Source: Octopus sinensis
Lineage: Eukaryota
Assembly (NCBI RefSeq): GCF_006345805.1
Contig: NC_043006.1
Coordinates: 35,588,001 to 35,652,000 of the forward strand
Direction of reading: 5' to 3'
Length of the DNA stretch: 64,000 bases
The notes under the pieces were generated by a model that had not been told where the DNA came from, did not search any database, and saw only the letters and a list, made by a program, of their open reading frames with translations. How positions within the stretch are numbered: the stretch's first letter is position 1; each line of letters begins with the position of its first letter. Below, piece by piece: positions 25,236 to 38,935 of the stretch. The position numbers and the translations under genes were made by a program.

Positions 25236-26058
25236 TTTAACAGTGACACCCACAAACTCAGATTGTGAAGATGTCGTGAATGCACAAGTCTAGGTGATTA
25301 GGTGCATAAGATCAACAAACGACAAGCCATCTATGTGGTAGTATTAAGTGGTAGAAATAATAGCTCAAATCACTCATAAATTACATACCACAGTCTTAAA
25401 AAAACAAGCACCTATGGAGCCATGTGGTAATGAATACATACTGTGAGAAAAACATGGCATGATGGTCACAGGTTTTCTTCTCGTCTTTTTAGAGACATTA
25501 GCCGCTACAGAAGCGAAAATCGAAAAAATCTGAACATTGATTTGATTAAATATTAATATATTTGATCATATGTCTATTTATCTGTGTCTGCTCATGCACA
25601 CTTAACGAAACAAAACAAAAACAACTTAGGAAAGTCTAGTACTGAATATGAGGACCGTTATGAACAACTGATTCGATTAGATTTATAAGAAAACTGCCGT
25701 CATAAACATGATGATCACGAATGTATCAGGCTTGCGAATAAACCTGCACAAAACACGTAACTAACACACAAACAAATGAAACCAGTAAACTAGTTACGAA
25801 AGCAGAATAAAATATGTAATCAACGTAAAAGAATCAAGAAAAAATTGATAAATAAAAGGAAAGAGGAGATAAATTATGCGCTGAGAATAACTCTATGAAA
25901 TTCTTTTCTACTCTAGGCACAAGGCACGAAATTTTCGGGAGGGGGCCCGAGGTTATGGTAGAAGTCACTTGACCAAGGTGCCACGCAGTGGGACCTACGC
26001 CTAGCTGTACGTATTTCTATATAATGTGTGTGTTTGTGTGTGTGTGTGTGTGTGCGTG

Positions 26059-26098
<40 letters not shown>

Positions 26099-26149
26099 GT
26101 GTGTGTGCATGTGTCTGTGTGTGTATGCCTCAGCGAGTAAAATTTTATA

Positions 26150-26545
26150 TAAATTGAAGCATTCTAGAAATAGATCACAAAGAAAATGGACGACATGTCA
26201 AGTCTTGATTATTGGAATAGCTTAGAGAAACTCAAATATTCCAACAGCAATGCTCCCATGATGTCGGCACTCACCTTAACATTCACCCAAGGTTTGGTGT
26301 CCATGCCATCTGTTCTCTACAAAAAACATGCTCGCGTCACATCAAAACACAAAGTCAGAACTATTTCACCTTAACAGACTCTGTTCTCTTAAACATTATG
26401 CCAAGACACACAAGGAAAGGAAAAAGAATCTCGTAACATTCAAACGGTTTTGGTCTAATATCTCCTACAAGTCTCAGATAAACCACCTGCAACCGGATAT
26501 GTGCGCCGAAACTACTACTGTAATATTAAGCTGCATTATTTAGCA
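26150..26545 (+). mobile_element. CR1-group (CR1/L2/Crack-like) LINE ORF2 3' end, decayed
   Basis: ITKKMDDMSSLDYWNSLEKLK..HPRFG..NYFT..LLNIMP..TFKRF..DKPPATGY across frameshifts. Shares the DKPP..GY tail with 37140-37420. Confidence 0.7.
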
Positions 26546-27057
26546 TTTCCAAATGGTGCCATTAACGTAGTGTGGCCTGGGTTAATTCTGGCCGAAACTT
26601 ATCTCAGTATCTAAGTTATCTAAGAGTAGAAACAATAACTACGGTCAAATATGGAATAATCCACACATCGAAACCGCTAGAATAATCTAGAATTGAAAAT
26701 AAACCGTTGTATGTAAATTGCGAGGAAATTACGCGCATTGAACCAACCACCAATTCATTACAGGTGTATATGATAAACAGGAAAGAAGTGTGGGAAATCA
26801 TAGACAGGAAAAGAGAAATGAAGAAATGAATAACAAATTTTATTTTGGGTTATTTCAAATATGAATTGCTATAAATAATTAAATTGAGTTAAGTATGACT
26901 TTCCTGTTACCAAAATCGTTGAGGTGTGTTATGATAACTATGTGTGTGCGTGTGTGGGTGGGTGGGTGTGTGTGTTCGTGTAAATATGTGTACATGAACA
27001 CATGCACATACCCATCTATGCATACACATACACATATATGTATACATACATACGTAC

Positions 27058-27088
<31 letters not shown>

Positions 27089-27150
27089 CATACACACATA
27101 CGCACATACACATACAGACACACACATATATATATATATGTGTGTGTGTG

Positions 27151-27355
27151 TGTGGAGGCACATAGTCTAGTGGTCAGTGAAGCGGACTCGCGGTCAAGGC
27201 ATCGAGGGTTCGAATCTCAGACTGGGCGATGAGTTTGTTTATGAACGAAACACCTACGTTCCACACGGCTCCGGCAGAAGGAACTTCTACTGACTCTTTC
27301 GCCACAACTTTCTCTCACTCTTTCAGTCAGCATCTAGCAGCTCATCTCTGACGCA
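27151..27355 (+). mobile_element. SINE family D (tRNA-Arg-like head), 3'-truncated
   Basis: GTGGAGGCACATAGTCTAGTGG..GGACTCGCGGTC..GGTTCGAATC; collinear with 49416-49630. Confidence 0.8.
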
Positions 27356-27517
27356 CCAGTTTGATAACATAAAATATCAGTCAAGTACTGGGGTCGATTT
27401 TATTTACTAACGCATCCCACCAGCTTTTGGCCCTGAGATTATTTTGGAAACGAATTTACAAGATATATTTATCACTTGTATTTAGTAATATCGTTCGAAT
27501 CCTTTTTTTTCATTCCT

Positions 27518-27698
27518 CCACTTGTTTCAGTCATTTGACTCCGGCCATGATGGAGCATCGCCTTTAATCGGACAGATCTACTCAAGGACTTATTCTTTAT
27601 CGGTTTCTTTTGCCGAGCCGCCATTTACGGGGACATAAACCTACCAACATCTGTTGTCAAGCGATGGTGGGGGTGACACAGACATAGAAATATATGCA

Positions 27699-27768
<70 letters not shown>

Positions 27769-27946
27769 GCACACACACATAAAAGACAGGCCTCTTTTAG
27801 CTTCCGCCTACCAAATCCACTCACAAGGCTTTGGTCGGCCCGAGGCTATAGTAGAAGACAGTCGTCCAAGGAGCCCTGCAGTGGGACTGAACCCGGAACT
27901 ATGTGGTTGGGAAACAGGCTTTAAACCACACAGCCATTCCTGTGCT
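27518..27946 (-). mobile_element. SINE family A, full length
   Basis: Both modules plus internal (TA)n. Confidence 0.85.
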
Positions 27947-28899
27947 TAGCTTATTTTCTATTCTATATTCACGGAGTCGCTAAAAGAAGTACTGGAGTCA
28001 CTTTAATTAACAAGACCCTTTCCCAAGATGTATGACCAAATGTAATTGCACTGTGGTTTATTTGAAAATATTAATTTACTTATCTTGTTGTTGCAGACGC
28101 TGATAATTATATTTATTGCCGTCTTTAGAATATTATATTAGATATTTGATAATTGCGTTGCTTTTAAAGTAATTTATTTTTCTCATTCTATCTCTCATGT
28201 ATTAATCAACATTTGAAAGCCAAACACCTGTTACTAAGACATTTCTTTAATTTCTACATTGTCATATATGATAACATTTACTATACTACTTTCCATAGCA
28301 TTTGGTGCTGATTTTATTAAGGTTTTCTTCTAATTGTTTCTCATGTAGATGTTGTTGTTGTTGTTGATGGTGGCGGTGGTGGTGTTAATGTTGTGCTGAT
28401 GTTCAGTCCTAGTTCACCTCCGATCGAGCAGATATACGATCAAAAATATTCCGTCCGTTATTGTCACGTCTTTTACCTATTTTCGCAGTATCCAGTAACT
28501 CATCATCCAATATGCTCATTTCTAAGATGACAAGACATGAACTGAGCGAGTTTTTGCTGTTATTTCTCGCATTTTATATGACTAGACTACATATTCTTTA
28601 TTTTCTACTCTAACATTCATATATTCTGCAGTCGCTTCATGTAATTAGGTTCCATAATATGTTTTAGGTAGTTTTTTTGTAGAAATGCTCTGGTGTGGTA
28701 CCATAAGCAAAAATACTTCCAATTCAGCTTTGAACCACGAATCTCTGTAATAATTATTTCTGTTGTTTCTCGGGGTTCTGGCAAATCATTTATTACCTTT
28801 GTTTTACACTTCCGGACCAATTTTCGAACAGAAACAAATATTCTTATAGTCCTTCAGTAACTATCTTATTTTAAATAATTCTTTCAACACTTGATACAG

Positions 28900-29075
28900 G
28901 GTAAGCAATTCTGGAAAGAAGGGAAGTCAATTATATGGAACCCTGTCCTTCACTGGTTGTTGTTTTATTCTCCCTGAAAGGTTGAAAGATAAAGATGACC
29001 TTCGCGGAATTTGAACGCAGAACGTTAAGAACCGGAAGAAATTATACTAAGCTATTTCTCCGACGTGTTAACGAA
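28900..29075 (-). mobile_element. Decayed SINE family B
   Basis: GAAAGGTTGAAAGATAAAGATGACCTT..GGAATTTGAACGCAGAACGT. Confidence 0.7.
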
Positions 29076-29299
29076 GCTATTTTATGATAATGGTTTGATT
29101 GCATGAAATATCTAGCTCCCTATTTTGTGTGACGTATTTATTATACAGCAGTTGTTTCTTTGTGTTCCTGTCTAATTCATCATGTACATCTAACTTATTA
29201 CTGAAATAGTTCGTGTGCTGTCGATTATTAGTTTATTTTTAGGTAATTATTTCTGATTTACCTTTGAATATAATACATCCATATTATTCTTTCCTAACC

Positions 29300-29760
29300 T
29301 TTCTAAAGACTTTTCATACATTTGTATGTGTTGTTCTCTATCTAGATCCTTAATGCCTTTCTGCTTCTCAGTCAGTGTTAGTTCTAATTCTGAATTTTGC
29401 TATCTAACATGGCATTCGCATCTCATTAATTTTCATCGAAGTTGTGATGACGTATATTTATATCCTAAATTTTATGTAAAATCTCGTCAACTGCTGTCTA
29501 CAATAGCGTTTTCAGATATCATTTTCAGCATACAATCCGAAGTTATGTCAGTAGGCTGTTTTCCCTACCATCGTATATTCATCCGAACGCAGTCTTATAT
29601 ATTATTATAGTTAAATATTTTACCACCTGACAAAATGGGAGTCGAGATTGAAAAAAGCCTTTGGAATATTCTGTTTCCAATTCGATTTAGCATTATTTTG
29701 TTTGTAATTATAGCAAGATTTTTTTTTTTTAATAATTTTGTTGTTATTGACATTCTGATA
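29300..29760 (-). mobile_element. Heavily decayed Penelope-like linker fragment
   Basis: Minus strand KQNIPKAFFNLDSHF / KIFNYNNI resembles the PLE motif N(I/V)xxxFxxLxxxHF..KIFN, also seen at ~9780-9860. Confidence 0.4.
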
Positions 29761-31272
29761 CCAGTGGTTTGTGGTTTTACTAAGTAATAACACTAATATA
29801 TCATACACTGTCATTCATGATTTTGCTAGAAACTTCGGAATGCCACAGTTGATATAGAACCGAATTTCCGAAACTTTAACACAGGTATATACACTCAGTC
29901 GCACATTCACAAATGCATACACGCACACGCATGCACACACATGTATTCATATATATATGTGTGTATATCTGTGTGTGGCTGTGCGTATGTATGTATGTAT
30001 GTATGTATGTACACCTTCCAAATTCCAGTTACAAATGATTAATAAATCCATTTTGACGTTGCTACTTTGCATACACAAAATATATTGTAATATTGACAAC
30101 CTACTTCTCCGGCCAACTCAGGGAATTGTGCTCGAGTAAGTAATCGGTTTATATGTTTGGGAAAGAAATTTATTTCTCTTCTCTTTGTAAACGAATGATA
30201 AACAACGAATTATTATATAGCAACCATACTACTAAAATGTAAGAGATGCAGGTTTAAACAGAAGGCATGGACTTCACATATTCCATTTTTTAAGTTTTAG
30301 TATATCAATATATCGATAAATTCTCGTTTCAGTTCTACACACAATACAGTAAATCTGAGTTTAGGATCGACCGAATGCGATCGACATGCTTTTGGGATTC
30401 AACATTAAATCCGATTCACTCTCTTTGACGTTGATATTAACCTTGAAAAATACATTACCGACACACAACTTCCTTCATTGCATGAATCTATACATTCGTC
30501 GCCCAATGCCCAGGAAATCAATATATTTGATGAACGCTACAGAGATAAGAGATAAGCAGGATACAAACTAAAAATGTGACGCATTTTCATTGCAATTTTG
30601 AAACGATATCATATCCTGTACATCACTAATACTATAGAGAAACGCATGAACGTAAAAAAAGCCCATATTTTCTTCTGTCCTTATAATAAAAGCATCGTTC
30701 TAACTCACCCAGTCAAAAGAAATACACAGTCGTATAAACGATAGCTTTGCAATTAATCAATGACAAAATCAGTAATAGCTTTCCTAGCGGAGTTTTCACT
30801 AGTCAGAAGCAGGAGGACTCGTATTAATGATGAAACCAAAGGCAATAGATGACAATTATAGCTCTAGAAAATTTTCAGGAATAGAAACAGTAATTATAAT
30901 AGCAAAGGCTTCAATTAACAATCAGAAATGCAACAATAACCCCCACATTTTGAAAGCTAATACGAGAACATAACATGCAAACAGCCCCTGGTTTTCTGGT
31001 ATAATGCAGCAATTATATTTTTCATATTATCATTTACATCTCTCAGAATTCCAGCAAATTTGCAAACGGATGGCATTGACTTGAGTTTCATGGTACACCC
31101 AATCCACACCTATACTAAACGCATGCGCACAAGACACACATTTCGAACGTATAATACTCACTCATTTACTCATCTACATTGCTTCTTGGGTTTTTCTTTC
31201 TATTTATGTATGTGTGTGTATATGTATGCACGTATGTATGTATGTATGTATGTATGTATGTATGTATGTATG

Positions 31273-31303
<31 letters not shown>

Positions 31304-31341
31304 TATAATATATATACATACATACATATATATATATATAG

Positions 31342-31374
<33 letters not shown>

Positions 31375-31460
31375 GTCTTTTTATTTCTCCATCTATCTGT
31401 CTATCTATCTATCTACCTATATATCTATCTCTCTTTATACATATATTATCTCTCTCTCTC

Positions 31461-31524
<64 letters not shown>

Positions 31525-31789
31525 TATATATATATTTATATATATATATTATATATATATATTTATATATATATAGTTATGGTATATTCTGTTAAGAATA
31601 TGATAGATTGATATGAGTTTGTGTGTGCGTGCGTTTGCGCGCAGTGGAAGTGAGATTGGTTCATCTGTGTTCACTTCGTATTTGGGTTTATCTTTTGATT
31701 TATTGTTTTTTTATTTTATCCAGATATTTTTAGTTTTTGACAGAAAAAAGTAATTCTAAAATTGCTCTTTAGCGTAAGCGTGCCCAAAC

Positions 31790-31868
31790 AGATCGAATGA
31801 TTACACAGATCAGGTTTTACAGCCACATCATCCAAACCGACTGGGTGAAACCAGGCTTAACTGCTAGT
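31790..31868 (+). mobile_element. Possible Helitron 3' terminus
   Basis: Short hairpin CTGG-GTGAAA-CCAG about 9 nt upstream of CTAG|T (31864-68). Confidence 0.3.
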
Positions 31869-32166
31869 ATATATATGAGTGGGTATAGTTGTCCTCGAAA
31901 TAAACAGGACATCACTTTTGCCACGTAAAAACAACGTATACGATACTATTTGAATTGGCCTGTGGAGGTTGTTCATTATAGTAAAGTCTAACAAACTGAA
32001 TGCAGCTTAGAATCTTGATTTATGGAACCTAAATGATTTACAGAAAATTCAGCATATTTATGAACACATTCAATTTTTTTTCTTTTTTAAATGAATATAA
32101 CACAAACGAAGATATTACTCTCCATGTTTATTTTCTTCCACATATATATTCATATCTGAAAATATG

Positions 32167-32214
<48 letters not shown>

Positions 32215-32451
32215 TGTATGTATGTATGTATATATGTATGAATATATTTATATGCGAATATACATGAACATGTGCATATATAATGCATTTATACGCTTAT
32301 ACCCACACATAGATGTGTCCTAGCGTTTATAAATTTACATTTGTATTCATGATACCAACACAAGATCTTTCTGACTATCATCTCCAAACATAAATATTCA
32401 GGAATATGTCAATTTCAAGTGAATACATAAGAATGCATTTACATACATACA

Positions 32452-32486
<35 letters not shown>

Positions 32487-32554
32487 CATGTATATATACA
32501 TATATATAATATATATACATATATATGTATAAATATATGTATATATATATATAA

Positions 32555-32626
<72 letters not shown>

Positions 32627-32834
32627 TATGAATATGCTATATGTATATATATATGGAAAATATAAATAAGAAATAAGTGGAAATTTTACCGGTGAGTGTG
32701 TTACATAATAAGGCACAAAAAGAAAATTACTCTCCCCAGACACAACCGTATATATATATATATGTGTTTGTGTATATATATACGTATGCGTGTGTGTGTG
32801 TATGTGTGTGTGTGTATGTGTGTGTGTGTGTATG

Positions 32835-33020
32835 TTTGTCCCCCCAACAACGCTTGACAACCGATGCTGGTATGTTTACGTCCCCGTAACTTAGCGGTTC
32901 GGCAAAAGAGACCGATAGAATAAGTACTAGCCTTACAAAGAATAAGTCCTGGGGTCGATTTATTTGAGCAAAGGCAGTGCTCCAGAATGACCGCAGTCAA
33001 ATGACTGAAAGAAATAAAAA
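32835..33020 (+). mobile_element. SINE family A 3' module without head
   Basis: High identity to 5527-5705; preceded only by (TG)/(TA) repeats. Confidence 0.9.
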
Positions 33021-33027
33021 AATAGAA

Positions 33028-33064
<37 letters not shown>

Positions 33065-33247
33065 AGTATATATATGACATACATATATATGTGCTTTTGC
33101 ATCTTTATACTTGTGTATCATATATATTTTTATGTAATCTCCGGGGACTTTATGCGCTATGTGCGTGATTATGTATTATGCCTATATATATATATACATA
33201 TATATATGTGTGTGTGTGTGTGTGTGTATGTATATATGTATGTATGT

Positions 33248-33288
<41 letters not shown>

Positions 33289-34063
33289 CATACATATACC
33301 TTATTGTGCAATCGTTTATGCATGTGCATCGTTTGCATACTTGTTTGTGCATGCGTATGTTTGCAGATGTTGTGTGTTCGCATGTATGTAAATGCATTCA
33401 ATAAGTATCAGTTACATGGTATCATTAACAAGATGGCGTTAATTCATTCGCTAAATCAATATGTCCACCCATGAATTGTATATCTACCAATACACTGTGT
33501 AATTGCGTAACAATAAAATAGGTCGCGCAATGGATATGCAGTTAAGTGGTTTGATTCGCAATCTCGTAGACACATGGAGGGATAATATGCAAGGATTTTC
33601 CATAAAATCTTAGTTGATCGAAACCTTGAAAGATTGTTTGATCCTAGCGTTGGCTTTTCACCACCTTTCAGAACCGATTGAACTAATTTAATGCTATTCC
33701 GGCCAGATGTTCTCCTTCTTTCTAAGACTAGTTGCGACTATATTTTCCAATGTAAATCGGTCACCAATGTTTTAGAGGGCCACTTGGGAATTCGAAGCTT
33801 CCTTATCCGGTATTTGTATGTATGTTAATATGTATGTGTGTGTATGTAAGTCTCTATATGAGTGTGTGTGTTTCTGTGTCTACGTATCCATATCAATCTA
33901 TATATCTACCTATCTCTTCCTCTCTCTCTCTCTGTTTTTTTCTCTATCTCTATATATATACACACATCTATGTATATATATATATATATATATATATACA
34001 TTTCAATATATATATATATTAATATATGCATATGTATATATAATATATATACATATATCCATT

Positions 34064-34117
<54 letters not shown>

Positions 34118-34324
34118 TATACATACATATATACATACATACAATATATACATACATACATTCATGCATACAGGCATTCATGCATGCATTCACAAATACA
34201 TACAATCATTCATACATACTTACATACATACATACTTGCATACATTGATACATGCATGCATACATACATGCTTGCATGCATATACATTTGCATACATACC
34301 TGCATACATGCGTTCATACGTACA

Positions 34325-34500
34325 TACTCGCCGTGATAGATCGTTAGCCACTACACACATTTTTTTCCTCGCCTTGTTTCTCTCCTTGTTTTTTTTTTCT
34401 GTGTCCCTATCTCTAGAAGAGCGTAGGCTCGATACATAAAAGACTTTTTTCTATTCCTGAACGTTATACTAATATATCTGTTTGTTTTGTACACCACGAA
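34325..34500 (+). mobile_element. Probable Penelope pLTR remnant with a decayed hammerhead
   Basis: CTCTAGA-A-GAGC-GTAG-GCTC-GATA-CATA at 34411-34438: helix II intact, core mutated. Confidence 0.45.
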
Positions 34501-34829
34501 CACACATACATATTGTTGGTTCGCTCTATATGAACCCTGAATATTCAGAACTATCATTAAATGCATTCTTTACTCGAACATTTCGTCTTCATTAATTAGA
34601 AGTTTTCTCTTATAAAGGAATGAGATACATCAGAGTCTCGTTCCATTTTTAAAATGTATGAAGTATACTAAGAGGTTGATTTGTTGATTGGCCTGCTATT
34701 CCTAGCAAATCGATTGAGATTATAAATGTACTTTTATACCGCTAGTGAAAACCGGTTGCATCCCTTTATCTGAGATACGTAGACTGTTCGATAAATAATG
34801 ATCGACAACATAGATAAAATATGTACTAT

Positions 34830-34915
34830 AATCGATAGGATTGAATTAATTCTTTGAAGTTAGTGATCCAGCATGGCCGTAGTCAAATGACTGAAATGAG
34901 TAAACGAGTAAAGAT

Positions 34916-34996
<81 letters not shown>

Positions 34997-35400
34997 AAAA
35001 CAAATAGATAGATAACCTTTTAATCGCTCCATAATTGAATGCAACCTTGCTGGAGCGCTACCTTGAATGATTTGTTCGAACAAATCCACCCCAGTGGTTT
35101 TTAAAATCTGGTACTTATTCCAGAGGTCTTTTTTGCCGATCTATTACGTTAGAAGTGTGTAAAAAAACCCAACAACATTTCTCAAGCGATGGAAGGCACG
35201 GAAACAAGCAGAAAGTGACACACACACACATATATCGATGCAGATATTTACATATACGGCGGGTTTTCACAAAGTTTCCTTCACGTGGCATTGGTCGGCC
35301 CTGTACTATAGCAGAAGGCACTCGCTTAAGGTAGCATGGTTCGGGACTGAACCCGAAACCAACTGATACCAAGCGGAGCCCCTTAAACACGTCCGGTATA
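34830..35400. mobile_element. Tail-to-tail family A SINE pieces separated by (GATA)n
   Basis: Plus-strand tail CCAGCATGGCCGTAGTCAAATGACTGAAA at 34868-34897, and a decayed minus-strand copy at 35010-35400. Confidence 0.75.
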
Positions 35401-35454
35401 CATTCACTTATTTCCTTCATTATTTTTTGAACAATTACATGGAATAAGTAAACG

Positions 35455-35640
35455 TAGTGAGAAGGCAGAACAGCTTGCAAGTCGAGCAAAATGCTTAATG
35501 AGATCTCTTCCGATTCTTTAGAATATGAGTTCAATCCTGCTCGAGGTCAACTTTTTACTTCATCCTCTCAAGGTCAGTTAAAAAACATTACCACACAACT
35601 ACTGTGATCGACGTAAGCAATTTGTTCCCCGCATTCAAAA
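35455..35640 (+). mobile_element. Decayed SINE family B
   Basis: GGCAGAAC..AAATGCTTA..GAGTTCAA..GAGGTCAACTTT. Confidence 0.55.
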
Positions 35641-37139
35641 ATTGACCCACCTTGAACCCCGCAACGGACGGGTGTTCCGTTGCGGGGTAAAATTGGGATT
35701 CCGGTCATTTACACACGACAGCAACCTTCGACGTCTTACACTCTGTCGACGCCCAGGGCAATTCATTCGCAAAGTGGTCACCTGACCCGCCCCCCCCCCC
35801 CCCAAGCTGGCACAAACGAGCTAGAGGACAATTGAAGATATAACTGACAAATGTGAAAGCCTACATGGAAGCACGATCGGGTCCCCGCGTCTGTGGTATT
35901 CGAGAGTAGATATCCATTACAACCTCGACTGCAGTTGACCATCGGATGACCTCAGTATTCCTGGGGGACGTGGTAAACTCATTGATCGCAACCCGGTCAT
36001 CCCACCCCGGGTGAAAGCTGCCTCAAGTAGGTCAGAACATAAAAACCGAGTAACCTGTTCTCAAAGCCCTAGGACTCCAGGAAAATAAAAATTTAAAAAA
36101 AACGTGCAGTAAAATTTATATAAGAGTCTCGGTTACTCCAGTAACAACAGCCAGTTAGGTTTTTACTGTTTTCGAAGTTGCTTTTTATTGGTTTTTCATC
36201 GATATTGTTAATGTTTTCGTGTCAAGCCATGCGGTTTGTAGTGATTCTCTGCATAGTTAATGCAGATTTCAGACAATATCGTTACGATAAACCATCTGTT
36301 TTTGTTTGTCTTTTTGTTGTTTTTACTCAATTAATGTGATCAAAAGGAAAACCAATTATTTAACAAAGTTGATAATTGCGACATTAATGATGGCAATGGC
36401 AATCATCGTAAATTTATTCGTCTCCTACGCCAAACGTACATCTGTTCACATACGTATATATGTATGTATGTACGCGAAAGTGGGTGGCCTCGTGTTTAGG
36501 GTGTTGTACTTATGATCACGAGATAATGGCTTCGGTTCCCGAGGAGCGCGGTGCGTTGACTTATTTAGTCACTGTAAACAATTCATCTGTGCTGATTTTG
36601 CGGAACCCGTGTCACTCTTTTATGATGGAGTTGTCTATCACGAATGTATGCATACATTCATAGCAGTTCATTTCATTTGAGATGCAGAACTAGGTTTCGG
36701 TCTCCTTTTGAGTCATGTTTGGTAATTATCCTTGACCATAGGGTCAGATAGATGCAAAGTTTTTGTGTGAAATTAGGTTGACAGAAACTGCTCTGAAGTC
36801 TGTTAGATGAATTCTAATATTAGTAGAAAACTTCAGCTTTATCGCAAAACCCGTCCTGCTTTCTCATTCTAATTATGACATTAAGGACTCATGTCAGCAA
36901 AGTACACTCAGACATTTATGCGCCATATTTTTTACCAAACCTGGTTGCACAGCTGATTGATCAACTAATTACTCGCCGTCGAAAGTGGTGGATGATCATT
37001 CATCAGGTATGCAAAAACTTGTAACTTATAAAACTTAGATAATTTAAATATGTTTGGCCAAAAATTGACCCAAGCTGTGTCGTACTTAATAACGCCACTT
37101 GATAGGTTCTGTCAAGTCTTTTTAAAGTCAGATTTTGTG

Positions 37140-37420
37140 GTACCGTGCCCAATTCAAGTTGAGTGCTGTTGGTGACTGAGCTGTACCCATGGAGGGGTGG
37201 CTTATCTGGTGTCCCTTGAAGTAATTTGTCCACATTTCGTTTGAAGGTGATAGGATCTTTTTCTTCTTTGATTTGTTTTGGAGTAATGTTAAAGAGAGCG
37301 CAGATTGTTGTGGATAAGAAACCCTGCTGCAGTAGCTTTATGTGTTGTGAACCTGAACTGTGGGAATGCTGAATTTCACATTAAGGTATGAATCCTTTGA
37401 GTTTTTCTTAACGGAGTTCA
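37140..37420 (-). mobile_element. CR1-group LINE ORF2 3' end, decayed
   Basis: Minus-strand translation DPITFKRNVDKLLQGTPDKPPLHGYSSVTNS matches the FKxxLDxxLxxxPDxPxxxGY C-terminal motif. Confidence 0.7.
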
Positions 37421-37435
37421 AACGATACTCATTTA

Positions 37436-37667
37436 CTATTTTACTTGTTTCAGTTATTTGACAACGGCCATGCTAGAGCACCGTCTTTAGTCGAGCAAAT
37501 CGACCCCAGGACTTATTCTCTGTAAGTCTAGTACTTAATCTATCGGTCTCTTTTGTCGATTCGTTAAGTTACGGGGACGTAAACCCAACAGCATCCGTTG
37601 TCAAGCGATGTTGGGAGCACAAACACAGACACACAAACACATACCTACACAGAGACATGCACCCCCT

Positions 37668-37710
<43 letters not shown>

Positions 37711-37850
37711 CTACGAGCTTCTTTCAGTTTCCGTCTACCAAATCCATTCACAAGGGTTTGGTCGGTCGAGGCTATAGTAGAAGACACTTACGCAAGGTGC
37801 CACGAAGTAGGATTGAACCCGGAACCATATGACTGGTAAGCAAGCTACTT
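37436..37850 (-). mobile_element. SINE family A, full length
   Basis: Both modules plus internal (CA)/(TA)n. Confidence 0.9.
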
Positions 37851-38139
37851 AGTCACGCTTTGTATACAAGTGGTTGTATAAGTAGATACATATATGTAGA
37901 TGTGTTTGCATTTATGTACAGAGCGACCATGTCACTTTAGTGCTTAGGCAGCGTTTGTATGAGTGCGTCATCATCTTTTGCATATCGTAGAATATGTGCA
38001 CACACTTGCACAGAGGCAAGTGTGTGCACATATTCTACGATATATGCAAGTGTTTCTGTACGTATGTATGAATGGATATTAGCAAAAATGTGTGCTTGTA
38101 TGCTTCATGTATGTATATATGTATGTATGCTTGTGCGCG

Positions 38140-38611
38140 CATATCTATCTATTTATCAATCTGCCTATCTATTAACCATCTGTTTGCTCATCTATCTAAT
38201 TATATTTCTATCCATCTATCTCTCTCTCTATCTATCTATCTATCTATCTATATATCTATCTATCTATATATCTATCTATATATATATATATCTATCTATC
38301 TAACTATTTATTTATAAACCATCTATCTCACGATCTATTTATCTATCCAACTATTCATCTATCTATCTATCTTCTATCTATCTATCTTCTATCTATCTAT
38401 CTTTTTGTCTATCCAGGAATCCATCTATCTATCTATCTCTCAATCTATTTATCTATCCAACTATCTATCTATCCATCTATTTATCTATCTATCTAACCAT
38501 CTATCTATATACCTACCTCTCCATCTATCGATCTATCTATCTATCTCTCCATCTATCTATCCATAAATCCATCCATCCGTCTTTTGATCTATCTATCTTT
38601 CTATCTCTCTC

Positions 38612-38645
<34 letters not shown>

Positions 38646-38816
38646 CATCTGACTATTTATACATCTATCTATCTATCTATCTATCCATCTGCCTACCTAT
38701 CTATCTATCTATGTATCTATCTATCCATCTATCTATCCATCTGTTTATTTATCTATCTATCTATCTGTTTATCTAGCTATCAATCGATCCATTGGCCTAT
38801 CTATCCATCTGTCTAT

Positions 38817-38896
<80 letters not shown>

Positions 38897-38935
38897 TCAT
38901 ATATCTGTCTATCCATCTCTCTATCTGTTTATCTC
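38140..38935. repeat. ~800-bp degenerate (TATC)n tract
   Basis: Seen directly. Confidence 0.95.
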
